Shown in pieces: positions 8,808-19,881 of a stretch of DNA of 60,052 nucleotides. Each line of letters starts with the position of its first letter. Positions within the stretch are counted from its first letter, which is position 1. The notes under the pieces were generated by a model. It made no database searches and was not told the origin of the DNA. It was given only the letters and a program-made list of their open reading frames with translations. A program made the translations under genes and the position numbers. Location of the stretch: positions 1 through 60,052 of the IMG/VR virus record IMGVR_UViG_3300032136_000006; one strand, 5' to 3'. The DNA is from a virus (taxonomy: Duplodnaviria; Caudoviricetes).

Positions 8808-11211
8808 TTACACTGTAAATACGCCAAAGCAAGCGGGATGGTTGGTTTACATCAATGGGCTAGAAATTCCAGTTATGGGGTTATCTGCGCATTTTGGGGT
8901 ATGGCAAGCGCCGACCATGACCTTAGAAATGGTTCCGCATCCGATATTAACTCGGATTGGTTCCGAAGATCGTTTGCAAGTAGCGGTTTTCTACTTAGAC
9001 CACCACTGGGACCCTCAGAATCCAACGTTTCGATTGCTGGGAGAGTACGAAGTAGTTGGCTGGAGTTACCGAAATACACCTAGAGCTCGGTCTATAACGC
9101 TGTCTTGTGTTTCACAGCTACAGATTTTTGAGCAGCTCAAGTTTTTCTATATTTCATCTCTAAATGATGCCATGCGCGGCTTGGGACCAGCTAACTCCTC
9201 TGCCGGAGACGTTGCACAGTCTGTTAAGGTTTTGTATCCGGCTTCGTTATTTCGGGAGGGATTAACTACTCCGGCGGTTCAGGAGTCTTCTGGGACGGGA
9301 GGAACGGAAACAGTAAATGTCGATGCGTACATTAAACGCCCCATCGATTTTGTTATTAACATTTTTCGGGCGTTGTTATCTGTTCCGTCTCCTGACGTAG
9401 CCGACCAAGTACGTGTAGATGTGGGGAGTGGGTATGTTCCGCAAACCGCAACGTCAGTACCGGGTAAAAACTTCTTTGCGCGGTGGTTAAAAATGACAGG
9501 ATTTCACCGTCGATGGGCTGCACTTCCCCTTTTAGAGGATACAGGAGCTGACGGTTGTTTTCCTTTAGTGAAGGCGACGCAAGATACACATACAATGTAC
9601 GCGCTGCAACAGCAAATAGGCGATAGTGTAGGAGATTCTGGGACAGCTTGGCAGTTATTACAGCAGGTGTTGGGGTACATGTACATGGAAATCTGTGCGA
9701 TTCCAGCTCCTGCTGCGGCAATCACTACGAAAACTACGGGAAGAATAGCTCCACCGTGGGGAAATATTGCGACAGTATCTGAGGGAGAAGTAGCGTCGAT
9801 TCCTACGTTTTTTGTCAAGCCTATGTGCACCTTTGCTCTTCCTCCAGCATGTAATGTCATTTTCCCATCGATGATTAATCAGTACACGTATCAAGAGAAC
9901 TATATTACACAGCCTACTCGAATTTATCTTGGTGAGCAGTTTATCTCTCAAGTGATAGCGCCAGACCAAAAAAACCCCTCTATGTCTAACTTTGTGCAAG
10001 GTTTGATGGTGACGGGTTATCCTGTTGCGGTACGCAAACGAATGAAGGACTTGCTAAGTAAAACGCCTGAAACGTCTAATAAAAACTTCCTATTGTTCGC
10101 TGAGGAGTTTTACAAAGGTCCTAATAGTCGACAGCTAAACGCCCCTCCCTGGATGTATATGCTACAGCAAAACATGCAGGCAGATAAAAGTGGCAAGGAC
10201 ATTACAGCGGAACAGAAAGCTTACTTCAACAGTTCCATCGATGCTGAGATTCAAGAGGATCTGTCTTCTGGCTTGGGGGCTCTGTTTGATACGTATGCGA
10301 AGTACGAATATTATCGAGCACGCTATGCGGAGCGTAATGGAGGGGTGAACCTTCTTTGGAATCCTTATATCGTTCCAGGCTTTCCTGTTGCGGTATTTGA
10401 CCAACATGGCTCGGGATTTGACACAATGGGTTACGCAAACACTGTGAGTCATAGTCTGTCTGCTTCAGGAAGTATGACGACTTCTGTGGGACTTACATTC
10501 GTACGGTCTATGCCTGAGTTTGTAGGGCTGACTTCGGAAGAAGATGCGAACCTCGATATCGATATTGCTCCCGCAGAAGTTATTCCGGAAGTGCGCGATG
10601 CGTTTCAAAAGGCGACCCAAGCCCACGTACTGTACCGAAGACTATTCTACAAGGATGCACCGATGAAAAAGTCGGCTGTTTTTGATTGGAAGGCCATGTT
10701 GAACCTTGTGGACAGTCGGTTTGGTAATCCATTAGACCCTGATTTGGATGCGTATCGGATTGATGAATCTGTACAGCTCTCTCCCAAGGAAGAGTTTAAG
10801 AGCTTATTTGAGGGGTATGACGCTGCTATGCGTTACGCTTCACGTCCGGCATGTTCATTGAAGGAATACATCGAAGCTTGGCACGGTAAATCCCTAACGG
10901 AACTGATTAATACTAAAGAAGTTCGGGGAGAATATGCGTCTTTTTATAGTCCGACGAACGACGCAAATGAAACAAAAGGTGCGGTATTTTGGGGTCGCAT
11001 CTATAAGTTGACGCAGGGTCCTGGCAATAATCCTGGGGTGAAAGTGTCGAACATGGGTCCTGGACCGGAGTACTCAACGGTGGGGGCTGATACGTGGGAG
11101 ACAGTGGATACGAGTCAAATGCCACAGACACGTGCGAATTGGGATAAGAAACTCGAGGAATACCGTAAAATTGTAAGAAGCGAAGACGGCAGAATATCAC
11201 CCCAGGTGTAG
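8800..11211 (+). CDS. Putative baseplate hub / tail protein (gp27-like)
   Basis: Likely start ATG 8800, overlapping the upstream stop; LVYINGLEIPV N-terminus and a late NPYIVPGFPV...GY..TVSHSLS..G...TSV segment resemble hub proteins; baseplate context. Confidence 0.55.
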   Translation: MGSYTVNTPKQAGWLVYINGLEIPVMGLSAHFGVWQAPTMTLEMVPHPILTRIGSEDRLQVAVFYLDHHWDPQNPTFRLLGEYEVVGWSYRNTPRARSITLSCVSQLQIFEQLKFFYISSLNDAMRGLGPANSSAGDVAQSVKVLYPASLFREGLTTPAVQESSGTGGTETVNVDAYIKRPIDFVINIFRALLSVPSPDVADQVRVDVGSGYVPQTATSVPGKNFFARWLKMTGFHRRWAALPLLEDTGADGCFPLVKATQDTHTMYALQQQIGDSVGDSGTAWQLLQQVLGYMYMEICAIPAPAAAITTKTTGRIAPPWGNIATVSEGEVASIPTFFVKPMCTFALPPACNVIFPSMINQYTYQENYITQPTRIYLGEQFISQVIAPDQKNPSMSNFVQGLMVTGYPVAVRKRMKDLLSKTPETSNKNFLLFAEEFYKGPNSRQLNAPPWMYMLQQNMQADKSGKDITAEQKAYFNSSIDAEIQEDLSSGLGALFDTYAKYEYYRARYAERNGGVNLLWNPYIVPGFPVAVFDQHGSGFDTMGYANTVSHSLSASGSMTTSVGLTFVRSMPEFVGLTSEEDANLDIDIAPAEVIPEVRDAFQKATQAHVLYRRLFYKDAPMKKSAVFDWKAMLNLVDSRFGNPLDPDLDAYRIDESVQLSPKEEFKSLFEGYDAAMRYASRPACSLKEYIEAWHGKSLTELINTKEVRGEYASFYSPTNDANETKGAVFWGRIYKLTQGPGNNPGVKVSNMGPGPEYSTVGADTWETVDTSQMPQTRANWDKKLEEYRKIVRSEDGRISPQV

Positions 11212-11216
11212 GTGCA

Positions 11217-11915
11217 ATGGAAAATAGGCAGCAACAGGACTTAGAACTATGGCGGGAATGGCGGAGTACCAATAGTCCGCAGACGCTAGAGAAATTACTG
11301 AATAGGTTACAGCCTCTCATTAGGCGGGAAGTTTCGAAGTGGGGTGGCACTGTTCCGCCTGCAGCGCTAGAGTCGAAAGGTCGCTTATTGACGGTAGAGG
11401 CTTTAAAATCGTATGACCCAAGGATGGGTGCAGCAATAGGTACGCATGTGACGGCTAGGCTGCGTAAACTTTCTCGACACGTATACCCGTATCAGAACGT
11501 GGCACGCTTGCCTGAAAATCAACAACTCATGTTTAATACTGTGAATGTCGCACAGAACCAATTGTACGATGCCTTAGGAAGAGACCCTACTGTGACAGAG
11601 TTAGCAGATGAACTCAAGTGGACACCTAAAAAAGTGTCAGATTTTCAGAGTTCATTTGGTCAGCGTGAGTTGGTTGAGTCTGAAGGAGCGTTTTTAGAAA
11701 CAGATACGGATGATTCCACTCTGACCGATTTTTATTATCACGGATTGGCTCCGGACGATAAACGGCTGTTTGAAGATATCACTGGATATGGTGGCGTAAA
11801 ACCTAAGACCAATACTCAGCTGATGAAGAAGTACCGGGTCACACAAGGACAGCTCAGTTACAAAAAGCGTAAGTTTGTAACGGATATTAAGAACATACAG
11901 CAGGGGAGACGTTAA
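11217..11915 (+). CDS. Phage sigma70-family sigma factor (regions 2-4)
   Basis: Region 2-like LQPLIRREV...EALKSYDPRMGAAIGTHV, region 3-like LGRDPTVTELADEL and a C-terminal HTH-like segment. Confidence 0.75.
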   Translation: MENRQQQDLELWREWRSTNSPQTLEKLLNRLQPLIRREVSKWGGTVPPAALESKGRLLTVEALKSYDPRMGAAIGTHVTARLRKLSRHVYPYQNVARLPENQQLMFNTVNVAQNQLYDALGRDPTVTELADELKWTPKKVSDFQSSFGQRELVESEGAFLETDTDDSTLTDFYYHGLAPDDKRLFEDITGYGGVKPKTNTQLMKKYRVTQGQLSYKKRKFVTDIKNIQQGRR

Positions 11916-13300
11916 TGGGTCGTGGGTTATCTCCAACGCAACTTGCTAAATACGAGCAGTTAAAGGAGCAAATGCCTGTGGACCTTGTTCCAGGGTTTAC
12001 GGTGCAAACTACAGGATCCGTTACGCCTGAGTCGCCGTGGGTAAAGCGCATGAGTCGTTATTCCAAAGATTTAGGGACTAACGCTTATGCGTATTTTAAC
12101 TATGACACTAGCGGAAAAGGCGGAACAAAGAAAAAAAGAAGAAAGCCGCGTAGGATTGTGAGCGCGGAAGGGTTTCCCCCTGGTATTTCTGTGTCATATG
12201 CGTTTCCGCCTCCCTTTGCGTACAAAACCCCGTATAACTTGCGGGATGTAAAGCACTTTGTAATGCACTCGTTTGGGCATATGTGGCATGCGATGAAAGG
12301 CCCAGGAACTCAACATCGGTGGTTTAATAATTATAAAAGCGGACGTGGAGTTGTTGCGCATAAACAGCCGGATGGGAGTACGATTTACATCGCGAAAGGG
12401 TCTGACCCTGAAACGATGGCGCATTATACACGCTTTTCCGCCGGTTTGCGAGCTTGTTTACACTCCGCCGCACAAGCTACGGCGCATTTTTTTATCGACC
12501 GTGCAGGAAACCTGGTAGTAGTTGGTGATTGTAACGACATCATGTGGACTTCCCAGGGTGTAAGTATGACGAGTGTCGGTGTTGAAATGGAAGAAGCGTT
12601 CTACGTTTTGGCAGACACTAAGGGTAAAGGGAACGAAGCAGTTTGGCGCCCTGGTGGGAATCCTCCAGGGACAGCAGGCAACATAGAGTACTTTGCTTAC
12701 TCTCCACAACAGATGCTGACGTTGAGCATCTTAATTCGTAAGCTTGAAACCCGATACCCGCAGTTGAAAGAACGCAATATATCGTTTAAGCCCCGCTCGT
12801 TTACCAAGAATGACGCGGCTGGTTACACGATGCATGACTGGATTAAAGGGTCTTCCCATATGGATATATCGCCTAATTTTAGGACCCAAGACCTATGGGA
12901 TTCTTTTTTTGAACTAGTAGATGCGCAGAACCACATTACGAAAGATATGTGCTTTCGTGCCGCGACGTATCAAGAGTCTACCCTTGGAGACCTCAAGCAA
13001 AAAGATCCAATATCTACAGAGACGCTTACGGCAATGACCGAGAGGTTGTATAACACTGCAAAAGAGACCGGTGTAGCGCAAGATAGAGCGTCTAATCTAG
13101 CGGCAGTTACTAAAAAATCAGTAAATAGTACAGCAGGTAACAATGCCGTTAGGGCCTCCCAACAAGTAGCTAAAGAGGCTGCAACGACAATAAGTGTTGC
13201 GCAAAAAACACAGAACCCAATAGTGGCACTTCCGCAGAATCCTACAAAATTAGATGACGGGTTTATCGCGGGAAGTGACGATATGTGGAGTTACTCATGA
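11915..13300 (+). CDS. Tail/baseplate-associated N-acetylmuramoyl-L-alanine amidase (Amidase_2-like)
   Basis: HFVMHS, ATAHFFIDRAG, SVGVEMEE and late H...DISP motifs; located just before the gp25-like gene. Confidence 0.7.
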   Translation: MGRGLSPTQLAKYEQLKEQMPVDLVPGFTVQTTGSVTPESPWVKRMSRYSKDLGTNAYAYFNYDTSGKGGTKKKRRKPRRIVSAEGFPPGISVSYAFPPPFAYKTPYNLRDVKHFVMHSFGHMWHAMKGPGTQHRWFNNYKSGRGVVAHKQPDGSTIYIAKGSDPETMAHYTRFSAGLRACLHSAAQATAHFFIDRAGNLVVVGDCNDIMWTSQGVSMTSVGVEMEEAFYVLADTKGKGNEAVWRPGGNPPGTAGNIEYFAYSPQQMLTLSILIRKLETRYPQLKERNISFKPRSFTKNDAAGYTMHDWIKGSSHMDISPNFRTQDLWDSFFELVDAQNHITKDMCFRAATYQESTLGDLKQKDPISTETLTAMTERLYNTAKETGVAQDRASNLAAVTKKSVNSTAGNNAVRASQQVAKEAATTISVAQKTQNPIVALPQNPTKLDDGFIAGSDDMWSYS

Positions 13301-13740
13301 GCGGATACGATATTCATTTTCAGCCGGTACCGGCATCGGAAGTCCAGGGTTTTAAATGCTTTGAATTTGGGTACCAATCCGCCTTAAAAGTGAGAGGGCC
13401 ACAAGCGCTAATTAATCGGTGGGTGAAGACGCTCATGACTCCTCTCGGAAGTGACCCGCTAGACCCATCAGGAGGCACATCTTTTGGAAACTTGATAGGG
13501 GCTAACGTTGGAGGAGTTAACGTAAACCTTCAAGATTTAATCAATATTTCGTTCCAAGAGGCCAGCACCCAAGTCAGAGAGCAGGACCTAGAGGGGTATT
13601 TCTCCGATGATGAACGGTTGCAAAGTGCAGAACTGATGGACTTTGAATCCGTCGCAGATGGTTTTGTGGTTTGGGTTTTAATCAAAAACGTAGCGGGTGA
13701 TGCTTTACCTGTTCCGCTAACGACACTTGCGACAAGGTAG
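13297..13740 (+). CDS. Baseplate wedge protein, gp25-like
   Basis: LMTPLGSDPLDPSGGTSF resembles the gp25 T..G.....P.FG motif; immediately precedes the J-like gene. Confidence 0.7.
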   Translation: MSGYDIHFQPVPASEVQGFKCFEFGYQSALKVRGPQALINRWVKTLMTPLGSDPLDPSGGTSFGNLIGANVGGVNVNLQDLINISFQEASTQVREQDLEGYFSDDERLQSAELMDFESVADGFVVWVLIKNVAGDALPVPLTTLATR

Positions 13741-13744
13741 GACC

Positions 13745-15895
13745 ATGACTGAATACACACTATCCAGTAAAGACCTAGTAGATGCAGAGAATTTTTTAGT
13801 TGAGTTTCAGTCTGAAATGGTTCCGGAGGCTAACTTAGAGCGTGGCGGAGCTGTTCGCGATATCCTTATCAAAGGGTTTGCATGTATGTACGCGTATCTG
13901 CGCGGGGAGGTTAATAACGTTGCCGCGCGCCAATCTCTCTTGAAGATTAAAGAGTCTTTAACGGATGAAGATGACATTTCGGATGCGGTGGATGAGATAC
14001 TATCTAACTGGTTCATTTTTCGTAAAAGTGGTACCGCGGCTACAGTTATTGCACGACTCCACTTTACCGAAAAGCGCGCGCAGTCCATCCCCGTGGAGAC
14101 GGTTTTTTGGAGAACAAATACGGCGCGGTTTGTGATTGATACGACAAATGACACGTACATCGTTACAGAGTCCCAGCTGTTCCCTATCTTTGATACATCT
14201 GGAACGTTATTGGACTATGTAGTTGATATCCCACTAGTTTCTATAAATGCTGGAACAGGCTATAACCTGGACCCCGGTACATTTGTGCAGGTGGATGCGC
14301 CGGGTGGATTGCCCTATTTCAGCTATGCGGAGCACCTAGAAACTTCATCGGGTGGAACAGATACCGAGTCTACGGATGAAATGATTTCGCGAGCAGAGAC
14401 GGCTATTTCTGTTCGGAACTTAATTAATAATCGGTCTTGTGATGTAACACTTCAGGAACAGTTTCCTGCCATAACAGGAACTCTCACGATTGGAATGGGA
14501 GAGCCGGAGCAGATACGGGATCGTCGTGTGGAAGTTGGGAGACATCTGCAGTTGCATACAGGTGGTTGTTACGATACGTATGTGTCCCTACCGACTGTGA
14601 CCACGGAGGAGAATTTAACCGTAGGGGGTTATTTTGTTCGACCGGATAACTTAGCGGTCGTATTCAGGGACCCAGAATTAACGTACGACCAAGGACGAAC
14701 TTTCACCTCCTTGGGTGTTCAAGCGGGACACATTCTTTATCTTCGTGCGGGATTAACGGGTCTTCCTCGTTCTTTTCAGATTGTGAGTGTGAATGACCAT
14801 GAGTTGAGTGTCAGCGATGCCACACCATTTCCCGCTGCATCCGATGAGTCCACCCCTAATGCTGTTCGGTATTCTATTGGTTGGTTGAATCCTGGGTATG
14901 CGGAGATTGAGCTTGAGTCTGGAGTTTACGACCGTATAGCTCTTCCTAGTGTGGCACCCGCTACGGCATCGGTTCCATACGGAACTTCGCGCCGGTTGCA
15001 ATCTCCAGGCACAGTAATGCTTAGCGGTAAGCCGGTGCAGGACATTCAGTGGGTAGAACTTACGGATCCACCTGCATCTTTATCGTCTTTGGTTGACCCT
15101 TCAACTGGAACAATTATTTTTTACGTACGTACGAATACAGCACCGGTACCTACAACCTCTCCTCAGAGTTTACAGTATCAGGTGATCGTAGAGAACCCAT
15201 CGCAGGCACAGTCGATGCGGGCCATAAACAAGATTTATTTAGGTGGGATAACAACGCCTCCCTCGTCAGATTACGATACTTACAATCTCCGCGTAGCGTA
15301 CACGACGTTACAAGGATTTACTGCGGTGGATTCATATGCGGTCGATCGTAATAACCGAATAGCAGCTGCAAACCATTTGGTTCGTGCTCGACATCCAGTA
15401 TTGCTTACACTTAACATCCCCTACCGCCTAAAAACTACAGCATCTGGGACGGTAGACCACGAGGCTGCGGCGGTGTTAGTCGCGAATCATATCAATTCTT
15501 TTGACCCGGATGACGACCTCGATGTATCTGATATTTCTTCTTTTGTTCGACAAACCTACCCGGATATTGGTGCGGTGTACCCCCTTACGGCGTACTATGT
15601 GCTGAACGCACCGGACGGACAGCAAATATCGTTTAATACGACGGATATCGTATCGATCTTTAAAACAAACTCCAATGGAGTATCCATAGTAGACGCTGCA
15701 ACGATAACTCCGCCTCAAGATCTATTGAATAGGGGGATAGGTCCTTCGTTAGCTTCTACCATTAACACGCTAACGGGCGACATTATTACCGAAGAAGGAA
15801 ACGTACTGGACTGGTTGACGTACCTTGGAGTCTCTGACCGTACGGTTCACTACACTACAATAAATACGATGATCACGTTTGAGCTGAGGAGCTAA
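13745..15895 (+). CDS. Baseplate J-like wedge protein
   Basis: NWFIFRKSGTAA, GTGYNL and SSGGTDTESTDEMISRA motifs characteristic of baseplate J/gp47. Confidence 0.8.
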   Translation: MTEYTLSSKDLVDAENFLVEFQSEMVPEANLERGGAVRDILIKGFACMYAYLRGEVNNVAARQSLLKIKESLTDEDDISDAVDEILSNWFIFRKSGTAATVIARLHFTEKRAQSIPVETVFWRTNTARFVIDTTNDTYIVTESQLFPIFDTSGTLLDYVVDIPLVSINAGTGYNLDPGTFVQVDAPGGLPYFSYAEHLETSSGGTDTESTDEMISRAETAISVRNLINNRSCDVTLQEQFPAITGTLTIGMGEPEQIRDRRVEVGRHLQLHTGGCYDTYVSLPTVTTEENLTVGGYFVRPDNLAVVFRDPELTYDQGRTFTSLGVQAGHILYLRAGLTGLPRSFQIVSVNDHELSVSDATPFPAASDESTPNAVRYSIGWLNPGYAEIELESGVYDRIALPSVAPATASVPYGTSRRLQSPGTVMLSGKPVQDIQWVELTDPPASLSSLVDPSTGTIIFYVRTNTAPVPTTSPQSLQYQVIVENPSQAQSMRAINKIYLGGITTPPSSDYDTYNLRVAYTTLQGFTAVDSYAVDRNNRIAAANHLVRARHPVLLTLNIPYRLKTTASGTVDHEAAAVLVANHINSFDPDDDLDVSDISSFVRQTYPDIGAVYPLTAYYVLNAPDGQQISFNTTDIVSIFKTNSNGVSIVDAATITPPQDLLNRGIGPSLASTINTLTGDIITEEGNVLDWLTYLGVSDRTVHYTTINTMITFELRS

Positions 15896-15896
15896 G

Positions 15897-18800
15897 ATGT
15901 CTTTTGATACCGGAGATAAGAATTCCGTATTGTTTACCGGGCTCTCTGGCTTTTGGCAGCGATTCTTTAAAGATGCGCAAGACATCGAAGCGTATTACAG
16001 GGCGTCGGAGTCATACCTCGGTCAAGTTTATCTAGACCTTCTGGGAACGATACTAAACATTGGAGTAGTAGATACTCCCGTGTTTAATAAGGAAGTCTGG
16101 AAGCTCTTTACGTTGTTGGAGACAGACGTACACATACGATCAGATTTAAGTAGCTTATCAGGGCAGTACGCTTACTCCCTCCCAGATGACGTTACATCTG
16201 TGGATGTGCTACAGAATTCGATATTAAGTCCCACCATTTCATTGGAACGTGACGAGGCTTACACCCTAAATGTGGAGGAAGATTGCCTTTGTTTCTTGGA
16301 TGATCCTTTTAATGCGTATCTGGGAACTGATAACATTTATATGCCTACTCCCGGAACAGCGTATCGAACGGTGCGAAAGGCAGTGGGAAACGCAGCGTAT
16401 GACCTTGCGGTTAAACTGTATGACAACAGTACATTTAACACGGGGTACGCCTATCGAGATTTTGGATTAGAGCGGGGTTGGACCTTACGCATATTGGCTC
16501 ATAGCGGGGCAGAACTTACCGCTGGCGTTACGGGTTCTATCGTAAATAACCCGGGAAGTGTATATTTTGACGCGCCAGGAATTGGGACGGGAAACGTAGG
16601 AGACGTCATTCATGTTTATGGACATGATGGGTCGGTGGGTGCAGCTGACGACGTCTGGAAAAACTTTTACATTGTAAAGACTATTATATCTCCAGACCGT
16701 GTGGAGTTAGACCCTAATGCGGTACCGAATACGCTTATAAGCAGTACCACCAACTTGTACTGGAAGTTAAACAGATCAATCTACTTTACCGTGAATGGGA
16801 CGACTCCGTTTAGGGACTATACCGTTGACTATTACGAGGGCTTAAAATTCATTGGGTCGGTTGATAATCCTTTTCCACTAGACTTGAATGGGCCTTTGGT
16901 CGCTGCGTTGATTCGTGAAGAGCCCGATTCGGAAGTTACTGGCGTAAATTTAACGTATCAGACCGCTGTTAGCGGCGTAGTTTCTCCTCCTTTTGTCGTT
17001 GGCGCGCCAGGCACAACGACGCAGGTGACGTTAGGCACGCAACCTCTTGTGCCTGGATCTGTCAAAATCTACGCGTATAAGTACACCGAGGTATCCCCGT
17101 CTAGCTCTATAGCGGTAGTTGAGGGGGAGGATTACACCGTAGATTACATGCGCGGAGTAATACACCAGACGGCCTACTGGGACGTGAGTTCATTAGGGCG
17201 CTGTGATTTTCAAGTACAAGCTCAGGTGCGTCTCTATGGTGGGATTAGCATTGAAGAATATGCCGTGGGAAACGTACGACAGTTAGCGTATTGGGCGCCG
17301 GAGGTTCAAGTAGACCGGTTTAACCTTTGGTACGTTTATGGGTCGTTGGTAAATCGGTTTGATGCTTCATCGGAAGCGTATAAGGCGTTTCTCCAGGGAA
17401 TCATGTATCTGTACATGACCGGGCCAGTTCTTCAGCGCATAGAGTCTGCGCTTAACGTTGCTGCGGAGTATCCAGTAGCTATGAGGGATGGCGAAATTCT
17501 ACTTACATACGATGATGGAGTCCTAGCAAGTGGTACGACGGCTAGCCTAGACGGAACGACTGATGAAGTCTCTATCCCTACGGCAGATTATACGTTAAGT
17601 GCTGTCGATATTGGAGGTTACATTATTCTTTCGGAGGCTCTGAATGACTCTAATGAAGGTAAGTTTCGGATTGTATCTGTGGATACTACCAACAACACCG
17701 CAACTCTCGAAACTTCGTATGGCTTGGTCACCGAAACACCCGTGGCCTGGGTCATCACCCACACGTATACAAAAACGATTACGACCAATCAAAGAGCGTA
17801 CGAGTACCCGTACAGTGTCCCTATTCGAGAAGATATTGTAGACCAGGTTAACTGGAATACACTTTCATTTTTAGCTTTTGAGCCCTTAACGGATGCATTC
17901 AGGGTGACAGACTACGTGGAAGACCCGACATGGTGGAACAATAGCGTAATTCCACCATTGTTGTGGGATGCTACTAGTGCGCGGAGGAGGTCTTCCTCAC
18001 AGTTGTATGAGCACATTATTGCTCCTCGTGATGATGCGCATATCGGAGACCCGGGGCTTTATATTGGAGCTGATGAAGCTGGAGTAGTACGTAGGCCAAC
18101 AGACCCACGAGATTTAACGGTATTTGGGATCACGTGGCAAACGGGAACAACAGTGCGGTACACATTTAGTAAGTACCCCGATCTGAGTGACATCGATATT
18201 ACTGCGGGAGTGACGATAACCGTGTCCAATTCTTTGAATGCCGCCAATGACGGGACATTCACGGTGACAGCGGTGAATCTTTCAGAGTATTGGTTGGAAG
18301 TTACGAATGGGGGGCGCACGGATTCCTCGCTGGATGAAGGGGCTACAACAACAGCTACAGCAGCGCTAACTGGGGCTGAAATTCCTCTAGGCATCCTACG
18401 GCACAACGCAGCGTATATTATCTTCGACCAATATCTCAAGATGCATATGTATTATATCCATTTTGACGTTGGGTTGGACCTCAGCGCCAATTTCCGGGAA
18501 GACCTGGAAGAGATAATTTTAGTAGCTAAGCCGTCTTATCTGTATCCTGCAGTGGATACCAATGCGCAATTTATTGATAATGTTGGCCTGACTTCGGACT
18601 TCACGAATCTCTTTTCCCTCTTGTTTGGCGGTAATACAGACGGGGGTTTGAGCGATTTACACATTGCAAACAATGTCTTAAACGTGAATGACTCGGATTT
18701 TCCCTGGCAGATTGGAGAGTTTTATAAGTACAGTACGCAGGCTTTAACTCCTACTGTAACAGACCCTATTCCCGTAGGAACTACTATACTTCCTTCTTTG

Positions 18801-19223
18801 CCTGCGGAGTGTTCTCTGCTACGCCTGACAATTGGAGCGACGCGTACTGCAGACGGAGAGCCGGTATTAGAAGGCCGAGACTATACTGTAAACTGGTTAG
18901 CAGAATACCCGGTCGGAACACCTAATCCGATACGGTGGCAAGTAGAATTTTTGACAGAGTGTACTGCGGGAGGGCTTACCCTTCCTTTGAGTTGTTTCAT
19001 TGCGGAACGTCTCGTTGGGACGTACAACACAACTGAAGGGTGGACCCCGACGTTTATTGGAGGGCTTAACCCTTGGTATATACGCAATGGAGCCTTAGAC
19101 CCGACGTCTGGAACGTACACGACAGAGTTTGATGCGTTACGAACTGAGGTTATCGACCGCCCCATACAGTTAACAGTGGTTCCTGATACAGCAACTCCCA
19201 CGGTGTCCTATACTTACCCGTAG
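15897..19223 (+). CDS. Large baseplate wedge/tail structural protein
   Basis: 1108 aa after the J-like gene; repeated N.G.F.(I/V)..V and EG.DYTV(D/N) modules; AKPSY motif. Confidence 0.65.
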   Translation: MSFDTGDKNSVLFTGLSGFWQRFFKDAQDIEAYYRASESYLGQVYLDLLGTILNIGVVDTPVFNKEVWKLFTLLETDVHIRSDLSSLSGQYAYSLPDDVTSVDVLQNSILSPTISLERDEAYTLNVEEDCLCFLDDPFNAYLGTDNIYMPTPGTAYRTVRKAVGNAAYDLAVKLYDNSTFNTGYAYRDFGLERGWTLRILAHSGAELTAGVTGSIVNNPGSVYFDAPGIGTGNVGDVIHVYGHDGSVGAADDVWKNFYIVKTIISPDRVELDPNAVPNTLISSTTNLYWKLNRSIYFTVNGTTPFRDYTVDYYEGLKFIGSVDNPFPLDLNGPLVAALIREEPDSEVTGVNLTYQTAVSGVVSPPFVVGAPGTTTQVTLGTQPLVPGSVKIYAYKYTEVSPSSSIAVVEGEDYTVDYMRGVIHQTAYWDVSSLGRCDFQVQAQVRLYGGISIEEYAVGNVRQLAYWAPEVQVDRFNLWYVYGSLVNRFDASSEAYKAFLQGIMYLYMTGPVLQRIESALNVAAEYPVAMRDGEILLTYDDGVLASGTTASLDGTTDEVSIPTADYTLSAVDIGGYIILSEALNDSNEGKFRIVSVDTTNNTATLETSYGLVTETPVAWVITHTYTKTITTNQRAYEYPYSVPIREDIVDQVNWNTLSFLAFEPLTDAFRVTDYVEDPTWWNNSVIPPLLWDATSARRRSSSQLYEHIIAPRDDAHIGDPGLYIGADEAGVVRRPTDPRDLTVFGITWQTGTTVRYTFSKYPDLSDIDITAGVTITVSNSLNAANDGTFTVTAVNLSEYWLEVTNGGRTDSSLDEGATTTATAALTGAEIPLGILRHNAAYIIFDQYLKMHMYYIHFDVGLDLSANFREDLEEIILVAKPSYLYPAVDTNAQFIDNVGLTSDFTNLFSLLFGGNTDGGLSDLHIANNVLNVNDSDFPWQIGEFYKYSTQALTPTVTDPIPVGTTILPSLPAECSLLRLTIGATRTADGEPVLEGRDYTVNWLAEYPVGTPNPIRWQVEFLTECTAGGLTLPLSCFIAERLVGTYNTTEGWTPTFIGGLNPWYIRNGALDPTSGTYTTEFDALRTEVIDRPIQLTVVPDTATPTVSYTYP

Positions 19224-19261
19224 ACCCGTGTTAAACTGGCACAAAGTAACAGGGAGAAACA

Positions 19262-19867
19262 ATGAATTTCCGTACGATTATCGAACGTTTTAAGAAGCCC
19301 ATAGGACAAACTGATGCTGGTCTTTGGGGTGATTTTGGTGTGCAGGTCTTTGATGTTAGTTCGGGTACTCCGAGACGTATTTTAAACATCAGAAAGAAAA
19401 ACCAAATTACCAACGATGGGCGTGCAGCCCTTTTGGCTTTGATGGGTACCGGTGAACCTGGAACTCCACCCATATCTGGAGGAACCTTATCTACCGCCGA
19501 CGAAACGCGACGAGCGAATCAAATCTGGTCGATAGCTGTAGGTACAAATCCGACGACGCCAACGGTTACGGATACTCTAACTACTATGACGCCAGTTTGG
19601 AATCAGCCTTTTACGTTTGCATCTGAGTGTGTCATTGTAGCGACACCTCCTAATAGTTACTATTTGAATATCTCAAAGACGTTGGGAACGACTGACGCGA
19701 ACGGAAGCACGTTGGTTGAGGCTGGGATTCTCACCCGAGGTGATGATGATACGCCTGCGAGTTCTACGACTAAAGCATTGTATGCACGACAGGTGCATTC
19801 ACCGATAGTGAAAACTTCGACGATGACCATCCAGTACGACTGGCAACTCGGTATTACCATCGCGTAA
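19262..19867 (+). CDS. Tail collar / fibre-attachment protein
   Basis: NQITNDGR, IAVGT, ANGSTLVEAGI, LYAR and IVKT...YDW motifs typical of tail-collar-like proteins. Confidence 0.65.
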   Translation: MNFRTIIERFKKPIGQTDAGLWGDFGVQVFDVSSGTPRRILNIRKKNQITNDGRAALLALMGTGEPGTPPISGGTLSTADETRRANQIWSIAVGTNPTTPTVTDTLTTMTPVWNQPFTFASECVIVATPPNSYYLNISKTLGTTDANGSTLVEAGILTRGDDDTPASSTTKALYARQVHSPIVKTSTMTIQYDWQLGITIA

Positions 19868-19881
19868 AAGGAGATATCAGC

